DNA of 64,000 nt from Camelus dromedarius. Taxonomy: Eukaryota. Each line of letters starts with the position of its first letter. Within the stretch, counting starts at the first letter, position 1. Below, piece after piece: positions 29,625-42,707 of the stretch. The notes beneath the pieces were generated by a model. That model worked only from the letters and a program-made list of their open reading frames with translations. It did no database searches and was not told where the DNA came from. Position numbers and translations under genes: made by a program. The stretch lies in the NCBI RefSeq assembly GCF_036321535.1, contig NC_087447.1, positions 38,194,001 through 38,258,000 of the forward strand. Reading direction: 5' to 3'.

Positions 29625-30075
29625 ATGCATTAATTCATTTATTCAGTGTTTATTAAGTGCCGGGCATTTTGCTGGGCATTGTGCTGGGCACTGTGCTAGC
29701 TGTCAAGGATACAAAGAGGAAAGATGTCGTTCCTGCCCTTAAGGGTACACGGTGAAAGCTAGAAAAGTAAAAAGACTACTAGAGCTCAGTGTAATAGGAG
29801 CTGTGATGTGGATGTAAGCAAGCTCCGTGTACTCTGAGAGCCCAGAGGAGGCACACCTAACCCAGACCAAAAGTGGCGTATTGGGTAAGCAATAATGTTC
29901 TTGAGGAATCAGAGAAAGATTTCTAGGCTCAGTATTGAAAGAAGGGTGGAAATTACCTAAATAAAGTAGGGAGAAAAGATAATCTGGGGAAAGGAAGCAA
30001 GTGTAAAAATTTGGAGGAATGGTGCATTTAGATAATTTCAGGAATTTTATGGCTGGAGCATTAAGGTATGAAGGG
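29625..30075 (-). mobile_element. L2 3' fragment
   Basis: ttcatttattcagtgtttattaagtgcc...ggcactgtgctag...ggatacaaagagg...cctgccctt. Confidence 0.7.
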
Positions 30076-31439
30076 GCAAAGAACAAAAGTGTAAGGAATG
30101 AGGAGGCCAGAGAGATGGTATGGCCCTAACACAGAACCGGACTTTATTGCTACTATTTGTTACACAAAAGTTCATGTTCTGTTACATTTGTTTATTTACA
30201 TGGCAACGTCTTCAATATACTCTTCAAACACGAGAATTCTGTCTTATTCAGTCTCCATGCCATGCATAAGAACTCAGTTTATGCTCAAATGTTTTTTGAA
30301 CTGCATTTATATATCTCAAAAAACTTAAATAAGATTTTTTAGTTGTATGTCCTTTGGTTTATTTGGTTTTTTCTTTATTAGCGGATGAATTTTGATTGAA
30401 ACTTTAATAAATGATTAAAAAGATTCCATATTGTTACTGAAAAATGTTTTCTTAACATCCATTTGCCCCAAATCAGTAAAAAGAACACTTCCTCTTAGAT
30501 TTATAGAAAACATCATATATATATTTATGTTTGATTAAATTTTTCCAATATAAAGTAAATGTTTAAGAGATGTGTGGGTGAATTTTTTTTTTTTTTGATT
30601 CAAGTCATGGTACTTATATTTCTTTTGCTATGAAAGAATATATTCTACTAGTTCAAGAATTTTCCTTTTTCTATTTCTAGTTTTCAGAGCAACAATTTTA
30701 TCTGTGACACAAATCCATTCTATTTTTACCAAAAATAACTGGTAAAAGTATTAAACCTATAACTGTTAATCTGAAATTTCCTGGATTTTTTTGTATCAAA
30801 CCTAAAGCCCAAATCTTGAACAATAAACAGCAATGCAAACTCTTTCCAAGTTTCCTGTTCCCTCCTTAGACAAGCGCTAGTTTCTTCAGCTCTGGCTATC
30901 CCAGCAGATCTGAAGGATCACAGCCACGACGGTGGCAGCCTACCGTTGACACTGAACTTGTGGTTAATTGTGGAGTTCTGCCACAAAACCACCTCACTAC
31001 CACAAGCTGGATTCTTGCCCAGGAGAGTGACAAACTGCCAGGCTAAGCAATGTACAGGAGGCAGCAAGAGCAAACTGCCTTTTACGCGAGACAGCAGTCA
31101 TTTCTGGATTCCAAATGGAGCCAACAGTGGAGCACACCAAAGAAAAATTTAGAATTACGCATTCTCCACTAAACCTACTTAAAATGTATTCATGTTGTTT
31201 CCTCAGAGAGGCTCAAAAAAAGTCATCTAACTCATTATCTTGCATCATCAATAAATGTGAAACTATTCATTAGTAAATTTTTTTAAATGAGCATTGGGAT
31301 TGGAAGTAAAATTATTACTGTTAAGTGAGCCACCTACATATGATCACTGCAAATAGAAGCAAATAATGTGTCTTTGTGTGTGTTACTAAGCTACACACAG
31401 CAGCAGGGCGGCTCTAGGAACTTTATTTGAAAGCCAGAG

Positions 31440-31630
31440 CAGCATGCTGTGAAGAAGGAAACTTTAGCGTCAGTCAGATCTAGTTACCACTTTGTAGCTG
31501 CCTAACCTTGGAGATTACTTACTGTGTCATGTTACTGACCTCATCTACAAAATGGGATAACAGTATCCACCTCATAGAGTCATTGTTACGGATTAAATTA
31601 ATACATAAAATGACTAACAATGACTAGATC
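31440..31630 (+). mobile_element. MIR SINE
   Basis: cctcatctacaaaatgggataacagtatccacctcatagagtcattgttacggattaaat. Confidence 0.75.
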
Positions 31631-32149
31631 CTCAGTCATTGTAAATTTAATTTATTTTTCTTAAATCCTATCCTCTTCCTTAACGTTATTTGTCCTTTCA
31701 GGACTTTGCAGGATTCTATCAATTCCGACTTTTTCCAAGAAGATCCCCCAAGTTATATCATCTGTTCAACTTGTTTTCAAGGCTTGCTTTCAATATTATT
31801 TCGTTCAACTAAAACTTTGTCTCCCCAACTACACCATCGAATCGATAAATTAGCAGCTCTCTTTCAAGACAAGGCAAATGCTACAGGGATTTTTATGGCC
31901 TATTCTAAATGTGTACTATAAATGCAAAAAAAAAAATTAATACACTAATTTTTAAAGGAATGACTACATATTATCATAATTTTATGGGTCAACATATCTT
32001 AGATCTCATTCTTCTGAAAAGATGTTGATTTAGGGCCTATCAGTGGTAACATGTAGAAACAGAAAAAAATCAACCCTTAACAACCAAGTTCATCCATAAT
32101 AGTATAAAACAGTGAAGACAAGAAAATATTTATGTCTGCAAAAGTTTAT

Positions 32150-32634
32150 TCATTCATTCAGCATGTGGCAAGCATTGCCCTAGATACTAAAAGTACAAAT
32201 ATGAATAAGATATAGTTCCTGCTCTCAGTTTGGTAGAGGAGGAAATATGTAAACAAGTGCAGCACAGTATGAAATACTCTAATATTGCTCTTACCAAGTA
32301 CAGTGGCCAGATGCAGAGGAGTTCGCAGATGAAAAGATTCTAGCCTGAGTATCAAAGAACAAACAGAGGTTTCCCAGGTAGGCAGGGAGAAGGTAGAGCA
32401 TTCACACAGAGCAGTATGTGCAAAGACATGGCGGCATGAAACAGCATGGACACTTCTGGAATAGTAACCAGGTAGGTATTTGGATTGGAGGGAAGATGGG
32501 CATGGAGAAATGAAGCTGGATACGTAGGTGTTAGATCCTGGGAAGGTCTAGAGGCCATTCCTGTGGAGCCTGGAATTTACTCTGTGAGTGATAAGGAACG
32601 ATTAAAGCTTCTTAAGCAGGGAACAGGCGTGATC

Positions 32635-32665
<31 letters not shown>

Positions 32666-33300
32666 TGGCATGACCAGTCTTAGTTGTGTGTTTCAAATCT
32701 CGATGCTGGTGCTGTGTGAAGAATAGTTCGGTGGACTGTGAGACCAAAGCCAGGAGAATCATTTGAGAAACCCTTATAATACGCAAAATACGAGATAAAG
32801 CTCTGTAAGGCAATGGCAGTAAATTTGGAAAGGAAAGACTGAAATTAGTAGAAAGCAACTACAGAACTTTCTGATCAGTTCCACAGAGGGGAAAGGGGCA
32901 TGCAAAGAGTTTTCCCTAGGTCTAGCTTAGAGGACTACACTATCTTGAAGCCATTAACCAGGAGAAGAAGTACGAGAGAAATCACTGAGAGTAGTAATTA
33001 GGAGTTTCACTTTGAACAGATTGAATCCAAGTGGAGATATTTCTTGACAGTTGGATATATGAGTCTGAAGCTCAGGAGAATAGTCTGGACTCGAGAGACA
33101 GTTGGGAAGCCTGGAGCATACAGACAGAATGGAACCCTGGGAGGGAAATGGGACACCTCTCAGGAGAGTATAGAGAGTAAGAAAAGGATCAGTGTTTGAA
33201 CACTGAGCAGTGCCAACATATAAGGGACAAGGTGCAAAATAATTGCTCAAAAAGATGACTGAAAAGGAAGTGGCAAAATTAGACAATCAGGCAAGAGAGG
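32150..33300 (-). mobile_element. L2 fragment
   Basis: ttcattcattcagc...tgtgcaaagacatgg...aagcaggg...gttggatatatgagtctgaagctcaggaga...tctggact. Confidence 0.75.
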
Positions 33301-35024
33301 TATCCTGTACCAAAATAAGGAAGTTTCAATAAGGGAGACAAAAACCATAAAATGCTGCGTTCTAAAACGATGAAGACAAGAAAGTATCCACAGGAAGTCA
33401 TTGACCTTACGTGGAACAGTGGATTGAGGAATAAATAAATATTTATGTTGACATAAGAAGAGTTTCATTCTAGAAAGTTTAGCCAAGAAGAAGCTTTACC
33501 TTTAGTTTCATTACTGTCTCTGTTAGTTTTAGCTAAAAATATAATTTAAATAGCTTACTGATACAATATAAAGACCACACACACCATTTTCTCCTATGTG
33601 AAAAATAATAATAATAAGAGATTCCCTTTAGTGCTTTACCAGCAGGCTTCCTTACATTTTTATAAATAGGTATTATAAACTAGCTCTTATTTGGTATTGA
33701 TTGCGGTGTCCTACAAATGAGGAATCAAAAATAAGACAGTGAGTTTACAGATTCTGTATCATACAGAAACAAACATCTGACATAGCTCTGAGAGTTTTTT
33801 TTTAAACTAAGCAGTTATTATCTAGCTTTATTGAGTACTACACTCTTAGTCTGATTATTTTTCCCTTATATCCCTTTGAAGTCAGTGAGAATTCCTTTTT
33901 TTCACAAGACTTAGATGATAAGATCATTTAAGTGGTCTTATTTAACATTCTTTGTTTAAAATCACAATACTTTCACCAGCTCTGGAAATAGTAAATAAGC
34001 CACTAGATCCATTGAAAAGCAAGACATAAATTTGTACATTTAAAGCATTAAAAAAAATCTGGCCAGATAATTCAGACAAAACAAGTGTATTTAACATCCT
34101 TTTCCTGCTAAATAACCAAGATTTCCTGTAATGCTCCAGTTCACCTAACTTCAGTAGAATTATGCTTGGCCTGTTCCCAGTGACAACTCTCTAGCATGGT
34201 TTGGTGCTTTGGTAACTATATTAAATGTAAGTGCAAACTGTGAAAAATAACAAGAACCCTTATATAAATTCAAGATTTTAATACTGTCTTTTTGGGATGT
34301 GTAATCATATTTGAGTGGATGATTAACATCCACTCAAATATGAACAAAACTTTAAACAAATCAAAACTATGTTTTTGTTTCTGTTTTTGTTTTTTTAACC
34401 AGTAAACGTCAAGGATATGGCAGATTTTATTCCTTAGATCCCTCCTTTTTACAGGTGAAAAGGTTCACATCAGATTTCCTCTCGTTATAACCTCTCAAAA
34501 TGCTGTCTGGACCAGCAACCCACTCTCTTTAAACAAATACCAGCCAACCAGGAAACCATGAGGTTTTATTGTACTATAAAATAGACCAGACATATCCAGA
34601 CCTTCATAGGAATGAACCTGACTAAATCTTTACTAAAAATAGTTTCAAAATAAACTGTAGGCTCCAAGTTTCTCTACAATCAAAATTCCTTCATCCTTCA
34701 TCAACCTTGTTCTCAGGTTCTTTACTCTTCCAGAGCTATATTGCAAGCAGTTTCTCTGGCCACATATTCATTATGAGAACCAAAGGGTCCACTTCTATTT
34801 GATTACTGGGATATGAGAATCGAGAAAATGTTAGGTTCATTCCCTGCAAACATTTACAGTTGTCAAAATTCTGTTTCCAGCTTTCCTGTACATACCAGAC
34901 CCTAAATCGTGAGCTACTTCTTGTAATATATCACGGGCATAAAGATAGTGAATTTTGCAAAGAATTAAACCAAATCTTCAGCCTGAAAAAATAGATCTCC
35001 TTTGATTCCTTTTAGCAGATAGTT

Positions 35025-35264
35025 TTTTGTTTGTTTGCTTTGTTTTTTTCTGTTTGTTTGTCTTTGAGCAAAGGTAGATTTATTCAGAGAGATGCATACT
35101 CTATAGACCATGTGTCCACCATCTCAGGAGGCCAGAGAGGCCACGAGGCTTGGGGGTGGATGTTTAGTTCAAAGTAAAAATAGATACACACTCCATAGAC
35201 GGAGTGCAGACCATCTCAAAAGGCAAGAGAAAGGCCTAGGAGATACACATTTCATAAGCAGAAC
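35025..35264 (-). mobile_element. Polyadenylated LTR-like fragment inserted as a retrocopy
   Basis: Minus-strand AATAAA (tttatt 35079-35084) followed by a degenerate A-tail (35025-35062); near-perfect TSD agcagatagtt 35014-35024 / agcaaatagtt 35265-35275; internal repeated unit agatacacactccatagac...ccatctca..aggc. Confidence 0.65.
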
Positions 35265-35639
35265 AGCAAATAGTTATTAATTTAAGCCCTGTTCTAGGCA
35301 CCCTCAAAGAATGTGGTGTGTGTGTGTGTGTGTGTGTTTGGGGATGGGAGCATTTTTCAAGGGCCAGTGGGAAACAAGGCATTTATGAATAATTATAATG
35401 CAAACAGGAATACACTAAAAGGTAGCAAGATTGCAATGGGGATTAGGAAATGTAACATGAAGTGAGCAGATTTAAAGTCCACCTTAAAAGATGATTAGGG
35501 TTTAGAGATGAGAGAGGAGGGCATTGCAAGGAAGAAAAAAGCATAAAAGTGAAGAAAGTGTTCATGGATCCACTATTTGATAAAAACATAAAATTGAAGA
35601 ATGATAAAAATTTAACAATTATGAAGCACATGGAGCATA

Positions 35640-35810
35640 TCAGATCCCTAATCCCCTATCTCTAATCCTCACAACAACCTGAAGGTAGTAATAACAATAC
35701 CCATTTCACATATGGGGAAATTGAGGCACAGAGAAATTAATTTGGCAAAGATTACTCAGCTAGTAATTGTTGGAGCTAGGATTTGAGCACAGGCAGTGTG
35801 ACTCCAAAGT
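35640..35810 (-). mobile_element. MIR SINE
   Basis: taatcctcacaacaacc...cccatttcacatatggggaaattgaggcacagaga...ggatttgagcacaggcagtgtgactcc. Confidence 0.8.
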
Positions 35811-35834
35811 TTCTAAGTGCTTGCCATTGTACTG

Positions 35835-36025
35835 GTAATTATTAAACTTGGGTACATGAAAATCATCTAGATAACTTTTATCCAGATGATAAAAACACAG
35901 ACTGCTGAACCCCAACCTCAAAGATTCTGAGTAAACCCAAGATGGGGCTGTGGAATCTGCATTTCTACCAAGTACCTCAAGTGATCCTGATGCAGGAGGT
36001 CTAGGAACCACATTATCCTGAGAAG
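35835..36025. mobile_element. MER5A-like hAT-Charlie MITE
   Basis: agattctgagt...gatgggg...ggaatctgcatttctaccaag...gtgatcctgatgcaggaggtc...accaca. Confidence 0.7.
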
Positions 36026-36081
36026 GATTAGGGCAGTATTGAGTAGGCCCCAGAATGGCCTTAAATGTACTTAATGATTAG

Positions 36082-36463
36082 TGTTAGGAACTTAATGATA
36101 TGCCCTCCCCCAAATCATATGGTGAAGCCCTAACTCCCAATGTGACTGCATTTGAAGATAGGACCCTTAAAGAGGTAGTTATGGTTAAACAAGGTCATAA
36201 GGGTTGGGCCCTAATCCAATATGACTGGTGTCCTCATAGGAAGAGGAAGAGACATGTGGGTGTGTCTGCTCAGAGAAAAAGCCGTGTGAAAATATGGCAA
36301 GAAAATGGCTGTCTACAAGCCAAGGAGGGAAACCTGTGGAGAAGCCAACTCTTCCAGCACCTTGTTTTGGACTTCTAGCCTCAAGAACTATGAGAGAATA
36401 AATTTCTGTTTAAGCCACCCAGTCGGTGGTATTTTATTATGGTAGCCCTAGTGGACTAGTACA
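36082..36463 (+). mobile_element. MaLR solo LTR (MLT1A/B-like)
   Basis: TG...CA ends; gaagccctaactcccaatgtgactg...gggccctaatccaatatgactggtgtcct...gaataaatttctgtt..aagccacccagt. Confidence 0.88.
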
Positions 36464-36610
36464 AGGAGCTAAATCAACTTCCTGCTTCTCTAAAGGTACA
36501 TACATGTGTCATATATCAGAAGCTATGCCAAAGAAGATCCCTAATGATCATCACCATCATAAAAACTCAGATCTATGTGGCATTTTATAATTTACAAAGC
36601 CTTTCCTATA

Positions 36611-36611
<1 letters not shown>

Positions 36612-36650
<39 letters not shown>

Positions 36651-36671
36651 GCACACACACACACACACACA
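36612..36671. repeat. (CA)n microsatellite with a CGCG interruption
   Basis: Direct observation. Other CA/TG tracts lie at about 4767-4784, 35317-35337 and 42651-42712. Confidence 0.95.
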
Positions 36672-37304
36672 TCATCAAGTATAGTTATTACATAAAAGAT
36701 CCATCTGGGCAAATGTCTTTCTTTAGCTGCAGAGAATAAATATCTTTACCCCTATTTTCTAGTTAAGTATGATATGGTTTCAGGAATTCTAGAGATGTAT
36801 TCAAAAGTTAATAGCAAAGATGAGATCAGAATACTGTACAAGATTCCTAACTCTGTTTCTCTTCTCAAAGAATTGATTAGGCAGTAACAAAATTCTCCCC
36901 TTTATATGAATTAAGATTATGCTCGTAGTCCTTTAGGGCACACACTTTTGAGGGGTTTTCTAGTAACAGGAATGTGTTTCCTCAGATGCCAAGTGATATA
37001 AATTTGCAGAATACCATACCATACAATGAACTACAGCTTCAGTAATAATAGAAGCTGTAAATAGAAAAAAAAAGTGAAAGAGCAGTTAGAGGAAGTGATT
37101 CCTCTATTTTCATTTTCTTTTGCTAGCACTTCCCCTTTTTTAGGGTAGCAAGAATAATAAGTTGTGGGCTGGAATTTTCAGACAACAATGTAAACATTGT
37201 ACCAACCGTTTCTAGAGATCCAGTACAGAAAGGCGGGTTCAAGGTCTGTGTCTTCATACTCTACCATTTCCTTAATAGCTAAGGTCTCATTTCCCTAGTG
37301 GCAT

Positions 37305-37740
37305 TATGATAGTTTATATCCTCTGAGAAGCAGATGCCAAGACAGAATTAGACATGCAAGAGGTTTATTGGGGAAAATATCTGAAGGATAAAGGAAAGAA
37401 AGCTAGAGAAGTGGGGAGAGGATTCAGACTGTGATGCAAGTCTGACACCAGTGAAAGAGAAGGGGAGCCTTACACCACAGCACAGTTCTAAGAAAGTTTC
37501 AGCCAGGCCAACAGGGAGTCCTCAAGCCAAATTCAGCTGTTAAAGGAGTCCCTGTCTCACAGAAATGGGCATAGGTTTGTACCCCTACTGAGGTACTAAC
37601 AATGACAATTGGTTAGAAGCCCAAGGGGAGTGTTGGCCCAGTGGAAATACAGTGGTGGATCTAGCAGGTAAGGGTTGGGTACAGCAGTCAGTTATGCTCC
37701 CTACAACAGATTTCAGTGGCACATTTTCATGTTTCCCTCA
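37305..37740 (-). mobile_element. ERVL 3' LTR (LTR16-like)
   Basis: On the minus strand it follows a PPT-like tggggtggac and starts tgagggaaacatgaaaatgtgccactg; similar to the solo LTR at 52421-52841. Confidence 0.75.
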
Positions 37741-40700
37741 GTCCACCCCACGCTCTGGACAAATCTTCTCCTCTACAGATCTAGGAAATAGATCCTCCAT
37801 GGTTGCTGTGGGCCTTTCCTCCTGAGAGAAAACTTAGAGGAAGTTAGTGAGATGAACCAGAGCCCTTGTTGCTGCAATCAGTCTTGGAACTGTACCTGGT
37901 ACTCATAATCTCCGTCTTTTATTATCTATTCTAAATTTCCATCACTCTCAGAGACCACCTTGGCAAGTCTTGGCAGCTTACAGTAGGTTGTGACCTAGAC
38001 TTTCATTCCTGATGGGTCTTAGTTCTTGGCAATCATACCCTTTTCAAGTCAGAGTTGCTGCCCATGTTCATCCATAGTTACAGTGGGCCAAGGAGTACCA
38101 GAGGCTTCCAGGTAGATCACCTGAGTTCTGTACATATTCCTATCCCTGCTGTAGAAAAGCAGCACTACCTTCTCCTGATGATCAGGGTTGATTACTCCTA
38201 TCAAGATGGTGACTCCCCACAAATGATAAATGCTGAAGGGGGTGTAGAGAAAAGGAAATTCTCCTACATTGTTGGTAGGAATGTAGTTTGGTGCAGCCAT
38301 TATGGAAAACAGTATGGAGGTTCCTTTAAGAACTGAAAATAGACTTACCTTATGATCCAGCAATCACACCCCTGGGCATATATCTGGAGGAAACTCTAAT
38401 TCAAAATGATACATGCACCCCAATGTTCATAGCAATATTATTTACAATAGCCAAGACATGGAAGCAACCTAAATGTCCATTGACAGATGACTAGATAAAG
38501 AAGTTGTGGTATATATAATGGAATACTACTCAGCCATGAAAATGAATAAAATAATACCATTTGAAGCAACATTGGGATAAAACTGGAGATTGTCATATCA
38601 AGTGAAGTAAGCCAAAAAGAGAAAGAAAAATACTATATGACCTCACTTGTATGTGGAATCTAAAAAAAATGACACAAGTGAACTTACTTACAAAACAGAA
38701 ATAGACTCACAGACATAGAAAACAAACTTATGGTTACCAGTGGGTAATGGGGAGGGTGGAGGGATAAACTGGGAGTTTGGGTTTGCAGATACTAACTACT
38801 ACATATAACATAGGAAAACAACAAATCCTACTGTATAGCAGAGAGAACTATATTCAATATCTTGTAATACCCTATAATGAAAAAAGAATATGAAAAGGAA
38901 TATATATGTACGTATAACAGAATCACTATGCTGTACACCAGAAATTAACACAACATTGTAAACCAACCATATTTCAATAAAAAGTAAAATAAAATTAAAT
39001 TAAAAAAAGATTGTGACTCTTCTTTTCATGTGCTAGTCTCTGGACACAGGGAGTCCAGTGTGCCTTGGCAGGATCCATAACTTACATAGTTCATTAAGAT
39101 ACTTGCCCTGGTGAGAGTGTACCCCTTTTGTAGGCCAGAATAAGGAAAGACAAGATTGTACCCAGAATAGATATCTATCTCTGTTGAGGACAAACCACTA
39201 GCTCTTACAGTTGATTTACTTCTAAGTGCTCACTTGGTCTCATCAAGAAATAATGATATATCAGCATCAGTTTCTCTCTGTTGCTAACAAGTTGGACATC
39301 CAGAAGTGGCAGAAGCTTCAGTGATGAAAAGTCCATGCTGTTGGACCCATGCACAGCCTGTCTCTGCCACCATGGCTACTTTGTTCATGTGCCCATTATG
39401 GCAGTTCCAGGGTGGCCAGTGATAAAAATTGACTTATGTCCAAAGGTCTAGTTATTATATCTACTTGGTTTTTCAGTTCCTCTTCTATGGTGGGTGCTTT
39501 CTGCTAAGCTGCAATGTGTGATAAAAAAAACTACTTATGTTCATCTACATGCCTCTATCTTCTTGTTTCCAATTTTCTGATTCTTGTCTTTCCAGGCCAC
39601 TTCTCATATCTGATTATACTGGGCCACTTCTCAGTCCACAAAAAAGTAGGTAACTAGGTTTACTGTTCACAGCTCTACTCTCTGATTTTCCCTCCTCACT
39701 GTCTTTCAAGGTTATCCTTGAACATGGCTATTATGCAGCCATGGTCCATTTTCAACCTATACCCACTTACACAACAGACACATCTATAGATCAAGCTAGG
39801 GCTTTTCCTTCTCCTTTAGTTAATCACACAGGGCTCCCCATATGGCCATAAAAGCAAGCTGAGGAAAGGTGCTATTGTAACTGTTGGGAGTAACATGCAA
39901 GTCTGCCCCCACCTGCAACCACCTGCTCATGCAGTTTACTGCATCCTCTGTCCTGCTGGGGCTCAATCCCAGATGTATCATTTCCATATTACAATGAACT
40001 GCTGCAGGGCCTATCTGACTTTATGATTTGACATAGCCGACAGAACCCAGCTCACAATAGGCAGCTCTGGAATCATAGTCACTTGGTGCCCCATGCAGCA
40101 TCCCTCCTCCACCAGTCCCAATATCTCAGTGAGGGATATTTATCAAAAGGCACATAATTCTTTGCTATAAGTGGCATGGTCCTGCTCCAGAATCTCAGAG
40201 GCTTGCACTGTGACTCTCTCAATGGGACTTGCCATGAGACACTACATCTGTTCTTACCACCAGCACCTCCAGCACCATAAAATCTGCTGAATTGTCTGGC
40301 CCAACTAGTGAGGCTATTTGCACTATAACATGGACCTTCCTCACTCAAAGCTGGCTCTGTGTCACTCAGAATATGGAGCAGTATTTGTAGGTTTGGAATG
40401 TGTTGCCTCCAGAACCCAAAGAAGCTTACCAGGTATGGTGCTTCTCAAATGCAAGATGCAGCGATTTTCTTTTACTTTGGAGGGGATACTTTGTCATGCT
40501 TTTGACCTCTGGACCCCTGAAAATTTCACTGAAGGGTCAGTTTCCTGAATCTGCATAGAATTTTTATCTCCAACCTGGACCACTGTGTTTTACCAAGACC
40601 TTTAGCACACTAACCATTTTTTTACTCAACCTGGACAATCAGCATGATGCCATCAGTGTTCTGTGGGGTTTTCAGGCAGTCCAGATCTCTTCAGAGTATA

Positions 40701-40932
40701 CTATAACAGAGGGCAGGAGAGTTAATATAGCCCTGATGCAAAAGCCTAAATGAATATTGTTGTCTGTCCCACAGGAATATGAAATATTTCTGATCCTCTC
40801 TTCCAATTAGAATATAAAAAGAATCCAATGTAGATTGCCAAATACCATAGGTCTGAAGCCTTATTAATCTGCTCTATCAATTACATAACGTCCAGTAAAT
40901 TAACTGTAATTGGGGCTACTAATTACTTGACC
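37741..40932 (-). mobile_element. Degenerate ERV-L internal region (RT, RNase H, integrase N-terminus, dUTPase)
   Basis: Manual translation: QQYSFRLLHQGYINSPALC (RT, about 40706-40762); WQVPLRESQCKPLRFWSR; WAHEQSSHGGRD (integrase HHCC, about 39360-39395); [20 protein letters not shown] (dUTPase, about 38157-38216). Confidence 0.88.
38216..39006 (+). mobile_element. 5'-truncated L1 (ORF2 tail, 3' UTR, poly-A) inserted in the ERVL dUTPase
   Basis: ggtgcagccattatggaaaacagtatggagg...cccaatgttcatagca...aataaaa; TSD aagatggtgactc 38203-38215 / aagattgtgactc 39007-39019. Confidence 0.93.
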
Positions 40933-42675
40933 CTGAACTCCTAAAAGACAGGGTGGGTATCCAGCTGTATAAATATCTTTTGTATCTAGAACACCTAGGG
41001 CAGTACCTAGAACTTTGTATACATTCTATAAGTATTTTATAAATGAATAAGTTGGGAATGAAATTCAAGAAAATGCCTACTTAGGCTGATTAAGATGAAC
41101 TGACCCTAATTCATAGGGTTATTATGAGGACTAAATGAGTTACTAAATGTAAAAATAAGTCTTTACACAAGCATCTGGCACCTAAAAAGCACTTAGTATA
41201 TCTCATTAATTTTAGTCTCCAGGACGTAAAGAACTATTATAGAGGATAGTGAGATACAACATTAGGTTAACTCCTTGACCAGAGTTTTAAATGAAATGTG
41301 CATGGTATGAGTTGCCATTTACAGTTAAAGTGCCTGGAATATTCTTCGTGATGTGTGAGGTTTCCAAGGAAAATGCAAAAGAAAAATGATTGTAAAGCTG
41401 TTATAGAAACAGACAATTAACCCAATGGGAAAAAAAGGTGGTTGCTGTTTGCCAATTCATTACCAGTGTTGCTCTATTTAAGATAATTTCATGAAATACT
41501 GAAGTTGAAATTCTTGACAAATGCTTTTCACTAATAATAAAGCAAAATACGATCTTGAAACAAAATGAATAAATGTACTTGTGCCCAGTAGCCATCTCAC
41601 AGAAATGACCTTTTCCATTACCTAAATGTCTATTTACATATTTTAAAAACACATATATTCACGTTTTTCATCTCTGTCTGAAATAGGTCAATGTAAGAAC
41701 CAGTACAGGAAAATAAAAGAGTATTATACCAGAACACACACACACCCTTAGTCTTCACTAGGACAAATACATTTTTCTTGCATAATACTGTGACTGAGAG
41801 GGCTAAAAGCTATCATCCTCTGGTATTAGCTTAGTGGTCAAATGTTAAATGATGTTAACTCTCAGGGAACGTCCTGGTCTCATTAAACTTTCCCAAAACT
41901 TTTCACAGTGAGAGCTGTGAAATAATTCCAGGGTCTCTAATCAGGGATCCACACTTGCTACTTTTAAGAGAGCTAAGAAAGGGTGTTGGACAAAATCAAA
42001 ACGGGGCTTCTTTCACCTACAAAAAAAGCTGAGCTACTGTGACATCTCCAGTACCCTCTCTCAGTTATTAATGTACCATCTGACAACGAGGCTCAGGCAA
42101 CTTCAAAACTTAGGAAATTGCTTTGTTGTTTTATTGCCAGTATCTCTGTCTTTACAGAGTCTTCCAGAACAGAATCACCAGACTGAATTTCTTCCACCAG
42201 TGACTCAGTTGCTTATTAGCACTTTTGACATCCAGATGTTCTGAGACAAAGGCTAAACTGGGGTTAACTCCCAAGTGTAACCAGTGGAAACTCTCCTTTG
42301 TTGAGGACTCTCGTCTACTGGGCAATGGGCCAGGGCATGGGTTTCTTTCACAACATCTCAGCACTGCTGTGTTTTTTTCTATAACCCTTGAAAATCATGT
42401 CACCTGAGAGGCCAAGAGTTAAACTGGCTGTACAGTCTGAACTGGGAAGGTTGGAAGTAAATCCAAATGGACTGATAGCCTGGATCTGTTTCATGAATAA
42501 ACAGAGGAGTTCAGGCTTGGGACCCTATAAAGTTAAGTCAATATTAGTTACAGAGGAAACTCTGTTTGTTCTTTCTTCTTTTTTAGTTGCTTTTAAAAAA
42601 GAACTCAAGGAGAGGTTTTGGTATGTTCTAATGCTAAAAACACCACTTAAAACACACACAGACACATAGACACAG

Positions 42676-42707
<32 letters not shown>

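Noticed and set aside
36100..36378. 92-aa ORF
   Set aside because: Lies wholly within an MLT1 LTR; a typical spurious ORF.
38049..38363. 104-aa ORF as a novel chimeric gene
   Set aside because: Chance read-through from antisense L1 into a degenerate ERVL dUTPase; the surrounding pol has stops and frameshifts.
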